Shown one piece after another: positions 39,300 to 53,968 of a stretch of 64,000 bases of DNA (its first letter is position 1; each line of letters starts with the position of its first letter). The stretch is taken from positions 10,354,001 through 10,418,000 of the forward strand of contig NC_091476.1 of NCBI RefSeq assembly GCF_036971445.1. The letters run 5' to 3'. Source of the DNA: Narcine bancroftii. Lineage: Eukaryota. The position numbers and the translations under genes are program-made. The notes beneath the pieces were generated by a model that was not told the DNA's origin, searched no databases, and saw nothing but the letters and a program-made list of their open reading frames with translations.

Positions 39300-42200
39300 G
39301 GTTCGACAGTTCCATGCATTCTTTAAGGCTCTGTCATTAATAGACCTCTCCTGGTTTGATTTACTCAAATGAATTTCTGCCTTTGCTATTCCTCTGCCCA
39401 GTTTCCCATTTGGTTTTGATCTCGCCACAAACCCAGGTAACCTTCTTCACTGCCACCATAGCATATATTTCTGTCATCAGCAAATTTTCTCACCGTGCCA
39501 CAAACCTTGTCAAAATTATGTATACGACAAAAAAAAAAACGAGGGTCTTGGCAACAAACACTGACATTCCTCTGGTTACTGTCCTTCAGTTTGAAAAACT
39601 GCTCTCTACAACCACTCTCGATTCACTGAGCCCACATCTTGCACAGATGGCCAGCTGGCCTCCCATCTCATTTGCCCTCCCCTTCCATACGATCTTCTAT
39701 GTGCGATTCTTGTCAAGTGCTTTAATAAAATCCATATAAATAATTGCCTAGTGTTTGTCTATCTTTGTTGCCTCTTCAAAAAATTCTATCAACTATAGAA
39801 AGTTACGGCACAGAAACAGGCCCTTAGTATTTGCTAATCTATACCAAGCTATTGTTCTGCATAGTTCCACTAACTTATCCCTCCCATCCATGTGCCTGCT
39901 CAGATTTTTCTTGCATGTTAAAATTGTACCTGCATTTGTAACTATGTCCTGTGGTTTGTATCTCATCTAACCCCAGAGGACAAAGCCACAATCTATACAT
40001 CTCATAATTTTATCTCTCTATACCTTTCTTAATTGTGTACACCTCTATCAAATCACCCCTCTTCTATGCTCCAGGGAATAAAAGTCCTAACCTATTTAAC
40101 TTTCCCTGTAATTCAGTTCCTCCATGCCCAGCAACATCCAAGTACATCTCTGCACTCTTTCAAACTTTCTTGTATCTTTCATGTAGTTGGGTAACCAAAA
40201 ATGCACAAAATTCTCCAAATTTGGCCTCACCATGTCTTGTACAATTTTACCATAACATCCCAACTCCTAAACTCAATGCTTTCATTTATAAAGGCTCATA
40301 AGCCAACATCTCTTTATAACCTGATCTACTTGTGACACCATTATCAGAGAATTGTATGTCTCTATTCCTAGATCCCTCTGTTCTACCACACTCTTCAGTC
40401 TCCTACCATTTTGTATTAAGAAATTGAAACACCTCGCACTTCTCTGCATTAAATTCCATCTGCCATTTTCAGACCATTTTTCCAGCTGGTCCGGATCTCT
40501 CTCTCCAAGCTTTGAAAGTGTTCCTGGCTATCTGCTGCACCTCTGAATCAATTTACCACATTATCCAGATCATTGACACAGATGGCAAACCACAATGGAC
40601 CCAGCACCTGTCACAGGCCTCCAGTCTATGAGGCGATCATCCACTCCCACTCTGGATTTTCCCGTAAAGCCAATGTCAAATCCAGTTTACCAACTTCCCA
40701 TGAATACTGAGTGAGAACCTTGACTCATTGCCCATGTGTAACCTTGTCAAAGGCCTTACTAACATCCACAGCCTTTCTTTCATCAATTTTCCTGGTAAAC
40801 TCTCAAAACTGTAACATTGGTCGAAAATGACCTACCATGCTGACTATCCAAATACTTGTATCTCTTAGAACATCTTCCATTAAACACCTTCTCACTTGCC
40901 TATAATTTTCTGGGTTATTTTTGCAGCATACTTCATGAAACATTATTGTCCACTCACAAATCCATGGTGGCTAACCTATGTTCCTAATTTTCCCATGGCT
41001 ATCCAAATGTTGACAGGTTCTATCTCCAAATCTTCTCTAGGAGTTTCCCTACCACTGATGTCAGATTAACAAGTTTTCATTTACCTGTATTATCTTTTCA
41101 GCCCTGTTTAAAGAATGGTGCCACATTTGCAATCGTTCAGAACTTCTCCTGTCTCCAGCAATGAGTTAAAAGTGTCTATCAAGGCCCCAAAAATTTATTT
41201 TCTCACTTCCCATAATATTATGGGATATACTTGGTCTGTCTCCAAAGGTTAATCCTTCATGAGTTGATGTAAGACTGCTAACATCTCTTTGTTACTGATG
41301 CAGTCATGCCGTAGGCTATCTTTCGTTACTAATCCCCGTTTGCTCCTGCATGTCCTGTTCAACAGCAAACACATTCACAAAATATTCAGTTAAGATCTTC
41401 CCCTTTTTTTTCCCCTGGATCTATGTATGGACACAACCCCTGATTTCTATGGGGACCCTTTCTTTCCCTCATGTTTGTTATTAATATGTTTAGAAAATCT
41501 TTCTGGATTCGCCCTTGCACTGGCCGCTAGAGACATACCATTACCTCTTTTAGTGCTACTCATTTCTCTCTTTACTATGCTCCAACATTCCTTATGCTTA
41601 TCAAGTGATTTCCTTGTACCTGATGCATCCATTTTCTTCCTGATTTGTGCCTCCTTATTATCAAGGGTTCTTCATCTTGCTATTTGTACCCTTTACTGAG
41701 AACATTTGTCCAGAATCAATCTGGTCGCTCTGTTAAATGTCTCCCATTTGGCAGTTGTGCTTTTACCATTTCACATTTGAGTCCAGTCCACTATTGCTAG
41801 CTCCTACCTAATCGTTTTGAAATTGGCCTTGTCTAATTTGGATTTTAAATTAATGACTTGTGTATCCTTTTCCATGAATACCTTAAAGCTAATAGAATTG
41901 TGGTTACAGGTCCCAGAAGTGTTCCTCCACCAGTGTCTCTCTTCCCTAAGCAGTTTTATTCCCCAGTATGAGATTCATTATTGCACCTTCTCTTGTAGGC
42001 ATATCTGCATATTGCAAGTAAAGGTTTTTTTGGACACACCAAAAAAAGTTTATCCTGTCCAATCCCTTAACACTTTCGCATTCCAAGTCATTGTTGAGGA
42101 GAAATCACCTATAATGGTTTAATTTTTTTATATACTGTACAGACCTCAGCAATGCTACATATTTGATCCTCTCATCTGGTGTCTGTTTTGTGTCCAACAA

Positions 42201-42300
42201 AATACACACATCAGGATGAGTACATGCTTCATTTTCTGATTTCTACCCAGATTGCCTCACATGATCATTCCCTGGCAATGTACTCTCCAAAGACTACCTT
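39300..42300 (-). mobile_element. Cluster of degenerate CR1 LINE fragments
   Basis: Reverse-strand CR1-like RT and endonuclease remnants (e.g. WQMEFNAEKCEV near 40430-40470). Boundaries approximate. Confidence 0.55.
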
Positions 42301-43857
42301 CTTTGGCTAACATTGCAACTGCTAGTCCTAGACCTCCAAGCACATTTCTGTTGTGGCTACAACATCCCATTGTTCTGTACCTATCCATGTCCTAATTTTG
42401 TCCATTTACCTCGTCGGGGATTTGTTTTCAAAATAAACAAAGTTTACCTGTTGTGAGCAAATTTAAATTCCTGCGAGTTACAGTTTCAGAAGACATTTTG
42501 AGATATGGCCAGAACAGAACATAGATGTAAGTTGAAGAGTACGTGTATTTCTCTCTTGAATAGTCAACCACTTTTGAATATCTCTTAAGATCTTGTATTT
42601 TTCAATCAAGTCCCTTTTTGCTATTCTAAACTGCAGATACAAACTTAGCCTGTTTTACCCTTAAGACAACCTGCCTATTTCAGTAAACCTTTGAACTTTG
42701 ATATCCATTCTTAAATAAAATCAAAACTTCTCGCTCTTGCCCCTGAAACAGAACCCCCTCTACATTTCGGTATTAATTTTCCCTTAATTTGTTAGCTTTC
42801 CTAAATTACTTCCAATATACTAGTCTTTTGTGAATTATTCAACAGGAAACTCAGAACCCTGTGCATCTCAGAGGTGCAGTCGCTTACAATTTTAGAGAAT
42901 GTTTTAATTTTTTGTTGCTCCCTGCAATGTTCTCCCTGCAGTGTTCTCCCTTTTCAAGCTATTGGTCCCCTCACTGTGGCTGAAATTCAAATTGCATATT
43001 CAAGAAATCTAAAGTAAAAACAGAGCCATAGAAATGTCCAGGAAATCATGCAGTTTCTGAGAAGAGAAAAAACTGCATTACTATTGCAGATGGATGAGCT
43101 TGGCAATTCTGAGGGGAAAATGTGAATTATCTGCAGCTACTGAATTCAGCATTCACTTATGAAGATATAATGTGCCCAGATTAAAGGTGCTGTTTCTCAA
43201 GCCAATGTTGATGCCACATAAGAACAGATTTTTACTTGAGGGGGATGGGCTGAGTAGTAAAAGAAGTTTTGTGTTAGTTGGAGTCTGAATTCAAATCATT
43301 TTGGCATGAGTAATTTCTATTAGGAAACTGCAGATTCAATTCGATATAAATTTGTTGAGAAGTGTTTTGTACTTCAGCCAGCCGATAATTGTGTATTTAG
43401 TCATTTAGTTCACCACTTGGGATGGTACTGAAATGCACGAGCTGGATAAAGGTGGCCTGATTTGATTAATTTCAGTCTAAGTGATAAAATTGAAGGTCTA
43501 GATTGACCTTGGATTCAACCCAGAGATCCTTGCAAGAAAGTAGATGAACAGTATCCAGTTTGACGATGATGCCTTTTCACTCTTGAACAGTGAAGGTCAA
43601 GTGTTATCACTTGCATGGAGAATTGAGGTGATATTGTAGTTCCATGGCCTTAAGCCAGTGTTGTTATTTTTGGGGGAAAAATGGCTGTTTCACTGATATG
43701 ACAAATTTGCTAACTCTTTTCAAGACTCCCTCTCATGAAGGATTATCATACATTTCCTGTGATTTCATTGACTGTTTGCAACCATTCTTTGCAAAGAATG
43801 TTGTTTAATCAAATATTTCTTTGTATTTTCCCCAGAGTATATGTGAACTATCTAAAC

Positions 43858-44722
43858 ATGGATGCTGGCAATATTGCAGAATCTACCAACTGTCTTCCCA
43901 AAGAAAGTGCCCAAAATAACACCAGTAATCCGTCTACTTCTGTGGATATGGATGTTTCATTCGATTCTTCAGAGCCTTGTTTAGAAAGGGTTCAAAATTC
44001 CACTGCTGATGAAGGGAGTTCCCTTAAGACACCACCTGTTAATGAACAAGTCACAGTAAAGCTGAATACAGATGGAGGTAATGAAGTATGGATTAAACCA
44101 AAAAACTTCAGTGAAGGAAATGGGGAAAGAAGAGAACTGGAAGCATTTTATAATGATTCCCCTTCAGGTGATGGACATACTGGTCCTTCGTTATACAGAT
44201 TGAATGATCCTTGTAGACCAGATGAAGAGGGAAGCACAATAGATTATTTGTTGCAGTCTGTGGACTCAACATCCAACAAAGGGGCAGCTGACGTCAAAGA
44301 GGTTTCTGAGAATGACGATGCTTTGTATTCTTTTGAAAATCAACCAGAGCACATGGATACATTAATAAACAAAGATATCCCAGAAACAACCCAGCAAACA
44401 GACGTGCCTGAGGAAGGTACAACCCTTAAAAGCAATGCAGGAATAGAATCAGATGTGGAAGAGATTGCTGAAATGGTTGATAATGGTCAACAGTCACCAT
44501 CTAATGATAAAGACAGCAGGTCACTGTTACCTCAGAGTGAAGATGTGGATGACGCATGTTACGTGAACGCTGAGCAGGAACCCAAGGCCACAGAAATAAT
44601 AACCGAAGAAGGCAATGGACAAAATGAATCAGAGGAGAAACAGCTGGGTGAAAAAAAAAGTGACACTTGTAAGTCTCGATCTAAACGATCTTCTAGTGCA
44701 GGGTCTTCATCAATGATTGAAG
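43858..44722 (+). CDS. ZMYM3: ZMYM3-like first coding exon (acidic, disordered N-terminus)
   Basis: Acceptor TTTTCCCCAG ends at 43835, AACATGG start at 43858, 865-nt open frame, donor G/GTAAGC at 44722/44723. Assigned by position and phase, not by sequence similarity. Confidence 0.75.
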
Positions 44723-47412
44723 GTAAGCATCTATCGTTTTCTAAGCTGGTCCTCCAACTTTATCTTATGGATCAGTGGATTTAAAAAAAAAAGCTGAGCT
44801 TGTCTCTCCATTGCAATGCTGCTCCTTCCTAGATTGTCTGAGTTCAGAAGGCAGATTACACCTTGCCTTCTCAAACACTTGTATCAGACTCCCGTTCTAC
44901 TTCCTCATTAATTCACTGTAAAGTTTAAAAAAGTTACCCACAGAAGTTGTTTGTCAGTCTCTCAAGGTTAGTTCAATTGCAGCCAATTTACTGATTTCAA
45001 TTTTTTATATTAGACAGGTTTAATAATCAATTGTTATAATGTCCTGGGAGTCGAGCCTTTCTTAGAAAACTTAAATTGCATTGCAATTCTGTTTGTATAA
45101 GACCACTGATGTTAATAGTTGCATGTTTGATCCTCTACTCTGGCCGTATGCAGTAATTGTTCTGGCCTAACTTTTTCTCTGAATAATATATCGTAAAAAT
45201 TTTGCATCAATTGTTATTTACTGTTTTGGAATAGAAGAGCCCAAACAAAAAGTAAGAATAAAGGAAGAGGGGGACCTTGGACATGGCAGGAAATGGAAGA
45301 TGTGTGGGTGGGGGTAAGTGGTTGAGATTTGGGTGTGTGAGTTTTGATTAAGTGGATATCTTATTTAACTATAAAATTTCTCATTCAGCTGCATGAGTTA
45401 ACAATTTTCTACTTCAGATGACTATTTTTGGGTACTTTTGAACATTGAGTTTGAGAGGCTGATAAATGTTTAGTTTTCCGTCTTTCTGGAATGGGAGAAG
45501 GTTGGGTCAGAATCTTTTTCCTAAACTGGTCCTGAAGGATGTTCCTCATTTAAAAAAAATGTATTTCAATGTCCAATTTGCTGCTTTGTTTGCACTTATT
45601 TCGTCATTAACTTCAATCTTAACAGATTTATCTACTATCTTGAGATCTTTTCAGAATGTGATTTCTTCTGTTTTTAATTTACTTTTTCCCTCTTGTATAC
45701 TTCCAACTCTTAATCGTTTTGGGAATTTGATCTTGCCTTGTGCAGATTGTCTTCGTATCTAGTTCTCCTATCTTCAGATTTAGAAATATTGAGGATTGCA
45801 ATAAAAAAGACAAATTCTGACTTGGATAAACCACTATTGGCTTATTTCTTCAAATGTTGAAGGGTATTTTGTTTTAACTAAGGTAAATTTGAGTATTCAT
45901 CCTTTTTTTGGAAATAGTTTGTGGAGTTGCTGAGTGCAAAGGTCTAATGTTGCACGGATATCAGTCAATTGATTGTTGGATTGCAGAATTTGCAGCACCG
46001 GGGAAGGTTAAATTCATATTAACCCTGCATTTTCTTCTCTCACCACTGCCCCCCCAACCAACAACCTAGTTCCAGGTTAATATCCAGTGATTGGAGGTGG
46101 AAGGCTTTGGAAGTAGAGCTGGAATTAAAGGAATTCTTAATTTTTCCCCTGGTTCTTAGTTATTTTCATAACTGACCGTTATGCTACTGATGGGGGAGGG
46201 GGGTGTTAAAAAACAAAAACATTGGAGGGAATGTAATCAGAAAATACTGTTTTAGTTCTTGAAATAATACCCTCTATTTATACTGCTTCTCGTGATATTT
46301 CTCACAAAGTGCTTCACATCAATTTCAATGATACGCATCTACCATAAGAATATTGATTTCATTACTTTATATACTCCTGATATCTGCTGCTGTCGTGTGG
46401 TATATTTACTGCATTGACAAGCATTGTGTCATTTACAGATTTCAAAATTGTACTTTCAATGGTCAAGTCTATCCATGCTTGTTTGGACAAGAATCAAATT
46501 CGATTCTGATGCCATCGCCTCGAGGCTCCAATTGTACATTTTCTCCAGTCAAAAAAAATTTGTTCACTAATCGATAATCTTGGCATTCCATCCCATTGAC
46601 AGTTGTGTACACAAATTATCTTTGTTTTCTGGTATACATCTTCCATTTCTTCCGCAGCTACTCTTTTTGTTATTTCATCTTAGAACTTGCATGCATTAGG
46701 CTTTTGTTCCTTTTAGTTTAAAGTGAAAATTATCTTCCTGGCACTGATATCTGACTGATTCTTGTCATTGTCAAGTTTATATCTCTGCACATTTTTTTTG
46801 GAACAGTAGCAGTGGCAATTCTCAGTCCTTTACATTCATATCCAAGAAACAGTTATTTTCTTCTTGGCTCTGTTCCTTACCTTGGATGCATCCCATCTAG
46901 AATTGATAAATTGGTAGCTTTGAATTATGCACTCTGTCTTTTTAAAATCTTAATCCTTTTGCAACATTAACTATCCTCTTCAGGTGGAAAGGACTCACTT
47001 TATTGTTGCTAATTTCTCTACAGTTTTTGAGCTGTAAAGTTCTTGAAGATTTTGTTTTTTTTTGTTTTCTACTTTTTTCATCATCTATACATTATTTAAA
47101 AAAAAAATTTCTCCCCCACCCCCACAAACTTGATAGAAGCCAGAGCTGCCTTTAACCTTTGCGTTTATCTGCCAGGGATGTCTAGTTTTGAATGTTTCAC
47201 CTTTCCACTTAGTGGAAAAATGCTATTTTTTTTTTTTACTGATCATCTGGTTTCTTGGGCAATCCCAATTTCCAGTTCGCAGATCTAAATGGTTTTAGTG
47301 ATCACTGAAATAGACTTGTGTGAATTTTTTTGATAGTTTCTAGAACTAATTTATGATTCATTAGCTTCAGCATAATTCATGTATTATGGTTAATTCCTGC
47401 AGAGTAATTGTT

Positions 47413-50400
47413 TTTTTAAAATAATTTTTTATTTTTCACACTGAACCATATCAACCAAAATATATAAAAATGTTTCTCATTAAATATACACAGTGGCATT
47501 TTTTCCCTTTTTTCCCCCCACCCTCTCCAAAACCAATAAATATTCAACATATATAATACAATAAAACCATTAAACAATGTCATCACACAATGAAAAATAA
47601 ACAAGAAAAATGTGTTATCTACTTTTACACACTGGATCAAGTCGTTTTGTCTTCTTATCATTTTAGGGGGTGGAGGTCCGAGGCAAGCCCTCTCTGTTAT
47701 GTTCCATGTACGGTTCTCAAATTTGTTCAAATAATGTGACTATTTTTAAAATTGTTATTTTTTTTTCCCAATGGAATACATTTATTCATTTCCATGTACC
47801 ATTGCTGTAGTCTCAGGCTCTCTTCCATTTTCCAAGTTGACATTATACATTTTTTTGCTACTGCTAAGGCTATCATAATAAATCTTTTTGCGCTTTATCC
47901 AATTTGAGGCCTAATTCCTTACTTATATTACTTAGAAGAAAGATTTCTGGATTTTTTGTGATTTTTTTTTTTAATATCTGATTTAGATCTTCTCAAAACA
48001 TTTTCACTTTCTTACATGCCCAAATTGCATGTACTGTTCCCATTTCCATCTTGCAGCGAAAAAATCTATCTGATAATGTTGGATCCTATTCTTTTATCTT
48101 TTGGGACATGATATGCAACCTGTGTAACCAATTATACTGTATCATGCGTAACCTTGTGTTTATTATATTCTTCATAGTTCCAGAACATAACTTTTCCCAT
48201 GCTTCATTTTTTATCTTTATGTTTAAATCCTTTTCCCACTTTTGTTTAGGTTTATAGCTTATTTCATCATTTTCCTTATCTTGCAGCTTAATGTACATGT
48301 TCGTTATAAATCTTTTAATTATCATTGTGTCTGTAATCGCATATTCAAAGCTGTTTCCTTCTGGTAATCTGTGTTTCCCAATTTATCCTTTAAATAAGCT
48401 TTCAGTTGATGATATGCAAACATTGTACCATGAGTTATTCCATATTTGCACTTCAGCTGTTCAAATGTTAATAAATTATTTCCCAAAAAATAATTTTCTA
48501 TTCTTTTGATTCCTTTTCTCTCCCATTCTCTAAAGGAAAGGTTATTTATTGTAAAAGGGATTAGTGGGTTTTGTGTCAATAACAATTTTGGTGTTTGGTC
48601 ATTTGTTTTTTTCCTTTCTAAGTGGATCTTCTATATACTAAGTAAATGATGCAATGCTGGTGAGCTTTTATATTGCACCAGCTTTTCATCCCACAATTAA
48701 AATAAGTATTGTATCCTTGGGAAGACATTCATTTTAATGCAATTTACCCTCCCTATCAACTTTAGCGGTATTTCTTTTCAATGTTCTCAGTCTTCCTGCA
48801 ATTTCTTTATTAGTGACTGATAATTTAGTTTGTACAGGTGGCTTAAGTTATTATCTAACCTGATACCTAGGTATCAGATTGCTTGTGTTTGCTATTTAAA
48901 TGGTGATTCTGTTTTAAATTCTGTTTAATCCACGTTACTCATTGGCATCACTTCACTTTTATTTGCGTTGAACTTTCTCCATACTCCTTCAATTTCTCAT
49001 GTAATTCTTTAATTGATATTTCTGGTTCTGTTAAGTATACTATGGTGTCATCTGCAAATAAGCCGATTTTATACTCCTTTATTTTTATCCCTTTTATTTT
49101 ATTTTCTGTTCTAATCAGTTCTGCCAATGGTTCTATTGCTAAAGCGACCAATGAGGGGGATAATGGACACCCCTGTCTAGTTGACCTACTTCATTTAAAT
49201 TGGTTCGATACATATCCATTTACTGTTACCTTTGCCAATGGTCCATTATATAATGCTTTAATTCAATTAATATTTTTCTGATAGATTGAACCTCTAATTC
49301 TTTAAATCTTTGGCTTGGCTTCGCGGACGAAGATTTATGGAGGGGGTAAAAAGTCCACGTCAGCTGCAGGCTCGTTTGTGGCTGACAAGTCCGATGCGGG
49401 ACAGGCAGACACGGTTGCAGCGGTTGCAGGGGAAAATTGGTTGGTTGGGTGTTGGGTTTTTCCTCCTTTGCCTTTTGTCAGTGAGGTGGGCTCTGCGGTC
49501 TTCTTCAAAGGAGGTTGCTGCCCGCCAAACTGTGAGGCGCCAAGATGCACGGTTTGAGGCGTTATCAGCCCACTGGCGGTGGTCAATGTGGCAGGCACCA
49601 AGAGATTTCTTTAGGCAGTCCTTGTACCTTTTCTTTGGTGCACCTCTGTCACGGTGGCCAGTGGAGAGCTCGCAATATAACACGATCTTGGGAAGGCGAT
49701 GGTCCTCCATTCTGGAGACGTGACCCATCCAGCGCAGCTGGATCTTCAGCAGCGTGGACTCGATGCTGTCGACCTCTGCCATCTCGAGTACTTCGACGTT
49801 AGGGATGAAAGCGCTCCAATGGATGTTGAGGATGGAGCGGAGACAACGCTGGTGGAAGCGTTCTAGGAGCCGTAGGTGATGCCGGTAGAGGACCCATGAT
49901 TCGGAGCCGAACAGGAGTGTGGGTATGACAACGGCTCTGTATACGCTTATCTTTGTGAGGTTTTTCAGTTGGTTGTTTTTCCAGACTCTTTTGTGTAGTC
50001 TTCCAAAGGCGCTATTTGCCTTGGCGAGTCTGTTGTCTATCTCATTGTCGATCCTTGCATCTGATGAAATGGTGCAGCCGAGATAGGTAAACTGGTTGAC
50101 CGTTTTGAGTTTTGTGTGCCCGATGGAGATGTGGGGGGGGCTGGTAGTCATGGTGGGGAGCTGGCTGATGGAGGACCTCAGTTTTCTTCAGGCTGAATAG
50201 TTCCATTCTACTGTGTCAAAGGCTTTTTCTGCATCTAAAGCAGCAGCCACTGTTGGCTTCTTATTTCCTTGAAATCTATGAATTAGATTAATACATTTAC
50301 AGAGATTATCTGCTGTTCATCTTTTAATAAATCCAGTTTGATTTTTTTTTAGTATTTTTGGTACACAATCGGCCAATCTGTATGCTAATAATTTCGCTAT

Positions 50401-51498
50401 TTTAAAATCTGAGTTAAGTAGAGATATTGGTCTATATGATGCTGGTGTTGATGGATCCTTCCCCGTCTTTGGTATTACTGTAATTATTGCTGTCTTATAT
50501 GAATCTGGCAAGTTTTGTGTTTCTTCTATCTGGTTCATTACTTCCAGGAGAGGAAGAATTAATAACTCTTTAAATGTTTTATAGAATTCTATTGGGAATC
50601 CATCTTCTCCAAGCGTTTTATTGTTCGGCAGCTTTTTTAATATATCCTGTACTTTATTTCAAATGGTTTTATCAGTTTGTTTTGTTCCTCTTGCAATTTC
50701 AGCATTTCAATTTTAGCTAAAACCTCTTCTATTTTATCATCTTTCCCCTTGTTCTCAGTTTGGTATAAATTGTTCATAAACTTCCTTAAAGTTCTCATTA
50801 ATCTCTATTGGGTTATATGTAATTTGTTTGTCCTTTTTTCCTTGATGCCAATACAGTTCTTTTAGCTTGTTCTGTTTTAAGTTGCCAAGCTAATATTTTA
50901 TGGGTTTTTTTCTCCCAGTTCGTAATATTTTTGCTTTATTTTCATTATGTACTTCTCTATCTTGTAAGTTTGTAATGTTTCGTATTTTAATTTTTTGTCT
51001 GCCAATTCTCTCCTTTTCGTTATATCATCCCTTTTTACTAGTTCCTTTTCTGTACTTACTATCTCCCTTTCCAACTGCTCTATTTCCCGATTGTAGTCCT
51101 TTTTCATCTTAGTTACATAACTTATTATCTGCCCTCTATTGAAGGCTTTCATTGCGTCCCATAATATAAATTTATCTTTCATTGATTCCTTATTTATTTC
51201 AATGTTTTAATTTGGCGTTCAATAAACTCTCTAAATTTCTGCCTTTTAAGTAGCATGGAGTTTAACCTCCATCTATATGTTCTTGATGGGATGTCCTCCA
51301 GTTCTATTGCTAATAACAGGGGTGAATGATCAGATAGTAATCTCACTTTATATTCAGTTTTCCTAACTTTCCATTGAATATGGGCCGACAACAAAAACTT
51401 ATCAATCCTTGAGTATGTTTTATGCCTACTTGAACTTTTTTCTTTTCTGGCGAGTGGTTATTTTACCCTACTGCCACTACTCCATCACGTGACACTTC
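47413..51498 (-). mobile_element. L1 element with 5' terminus joined to mid-ORF2 (ORF1 deleted); degenerate ORF2
   Basis: 17-bp TSD CCTGCAGAGTAATTGTT (47396-47412, 51499-51515) at a TT/AA-type site. ORF2 remnants TYSRID, SDHSPL, SYRPISLLN, DAEKAFD and LFADD, with many stops and frameshifts. Confidence 0.88.
49307..50196 (-). mobile_element. 5'-truncated RTE copy nested in the L1 RT domain
   Basis: Near-identical to about 18905-19798. It splits the L1 peptide VEWNY/FK. No clear TSD. Confidence 0.92.
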
Positions 51499-53968
51499 CC
51501 TGCAGAGTAATTGTTAAGTCCAGTCATTTTCTTTTGATAGGATAACATCCTTGTAATTTTTTAAACCTATTCCACCTGTTCTAGTTTAATTGCATCCTTT
51601 CTATTATTAGTAAGGCATGCTGTATTCCAAACATGACCATGCCAATATCTTGCACAGCTGTAATTTGATGTCCAAACACCTGCACTGAATGCCCTGACTG
51701 ATAAAGGCAAGTGTCACAAACACTTTCACCACCCAATCTGTGTTGCCTCTTTCAGGGATCCATGCACTTGTATAACACTCAACTGAGTATTTACTGTGTT
51801 AGTTCTATCCTGGTTTGACACCTTGAACTTGTCTGAATTAAACCCTATCTGCCATTCCTCTTCCCACTGACTCAATTAACCAAGATTCTGTTAGAATAAT
51901 TAACAAAGGAGAAGGTTATGTAACACTATCGCAGACATTTAAAAACCTTACATTCTCATCCAGTTTGTTAATATCAATGATGGGGAATCATGAACCCAGC
52001 ACCAACCCCTGTGGCATACCATTTGCCACAGGCCTCCTGAAAAATAACTTGTCACTATCGTCCTCTATTTCTTACAGCCAAGCCAATTTTGTATTTACTT
52101 TCTAGCTCACCTTGGATTCCATGCAATCTCATCTTCTGGACCAGTCAACCATGCATTGCCTTGTTGCAACCTTTGCTAAAGTTCATGTAGCCAATAACTA
52201 CAACTCATTTTGCAGTAGACCAAGAAGATTGCTCAATAATCTCCTTGGTCACCTCTTCAGCTCAACTGCCATGTTGTTGGCATATATTTATATATTTCTC
52301 AATTCCACATTATGTATTGGAACATGGAGTTGCACATGTCATAAGTGATAAAAGATATGAACGTAGTTCAGAATGTATTATTGTAGTGGCTTATTCAACT
52401 TGCCAGAAAGTTTAAAACTAGATGCTTATTTATTTATCTTTTGTGTTACTATTTCTGAAAATGCAGCCAGTCAATGATAGATAATCAGTGGGCTCCATGG
52501 AAAAATAAATTTCTACTTGTACAACATCCTGAACGTGGATATTCAAAGTGGAAGGGATGGGTACATTTACATTTTTTCAGAGGTCCATTTCCCCCAGTAG
52601 AGGTGGTTCAAAAAGTTTCATCAATGGTGCTCAAAATGTAAAGAGCTTTTGCAACAATAAAAATGCACAGAAGTGAGGCAGATTCAAAATAATTTTGAAA
52701 GACATCCATTATTAAGCTAAAATCCCCAATATCTACTGTGTACATGTATATTGCTGTATTGTGAGAGGTTAATTTCTCAATTGAACTTGAGTACAGGGTT
52801 GAAGATCATCTCCAGTGATGGTAAACTCCTGAGACTCATTGAGTTTGAATTAATGAAGTTTGAAGCTGTGTGGACAAAGTACTTTATTTTAATTCCCATT
52901 TACCAGTTTAATTTCCCTCTTACTGGGGAGATGGGTACTCTGGTTGCCAAGTGCCTCCACTGTCATCCAGCTGAAGAATAAGAACAACAAATATGTGGGA
53001 ATATCATTAACCTCTGGATCTTTGTCAAGTCAAATCATTTCCATTGGTTGTATTAAAATCTTGGTATATTATATTGAAAAACCATTAGGACTGAGCAAAT
53101 TCAAGAAATAGCTTAACCATCATCTGTCTCAGGACAACTGATAAACGAATAACACTACCTTTGCCAGGGATGTCTTTATTCCAAAAGAAATGAGACAATT
53201 TTGTTTACTATTTGGTAATGTATTAGTTTTATTCATGTAATTTTGCAGACTCCTTTACAACAGAGCACAAAATAGTGTCTGGTTTTATTGTAACAACCTA
53301 AAGCAGGAGGTTTTAATGAGTTAAGGAGCGTCTCCTGTATTTGCTGCTGTTAGCACATTCATGGACCATGTTGGTTGAATCTTTTAGGATATTACTTGAA
53401 CAAGTGGTGTTCAAGAAATCACATGGGTTAAAACCATGTTGGCTTCATGTATCTGTTCATGATTGCATTGACAAGAGTAGCATGTCCTTATGTTCACTCT
53501 TCCTACCTTAAACAGTCGAATGTCTAATGACTGTCACATTCTGCTAAATGGGCAAGATCTCCAAAGCCAAGCAAGTTGACACTGCCACTCTGTTTGATGC
53601 TGTGGACATCAGCACAGCTGAATACTGTTACAGCACAACCTGCATTTTTGAAATGATGGAATCATTACTGTCAGTATACTGAAGAATTAAATATGGCTCA
53701 CTCAGTGAGGAGGGTAAAAGAATATTCCAGGAACTTCACCAAGCACTCCAAAACTGAGATGCCAATGCCAGCATGAGAGTCTACAAACGCATCAACTTTG
53801 CTTTCAATGGACTTTGCAGTGAAAACGTGAAATGGTTGACTCACTTCCTGAGCATTAACACCACTGAAGGTTATTTCAGCCAATTTGGTTTGCTTCTAGT
53901 TAATAAGAAAATCTGAAGGTTCTAAATATGACAACAGACTATAACAATACCATATTTTTGCTGGTATA

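Noticed and set aside
43735-43857. N-terminal extension of the 349-aa ORF
   Set aside because: Most of it lies upstream of a good splice acceptor at 43835, so it is probably intron read-through.
45235-45314. Possible ZMYM micro-exon (AG/AAGAGCCC... with GTAAGA or GTAAGT donors)
   Set aside because: The acceptor has a weak pyrimidine tract, and the 55798 and 55972 exons already give a frame-consistent model. It cannot be excluded as an alternative exon without cDNA.
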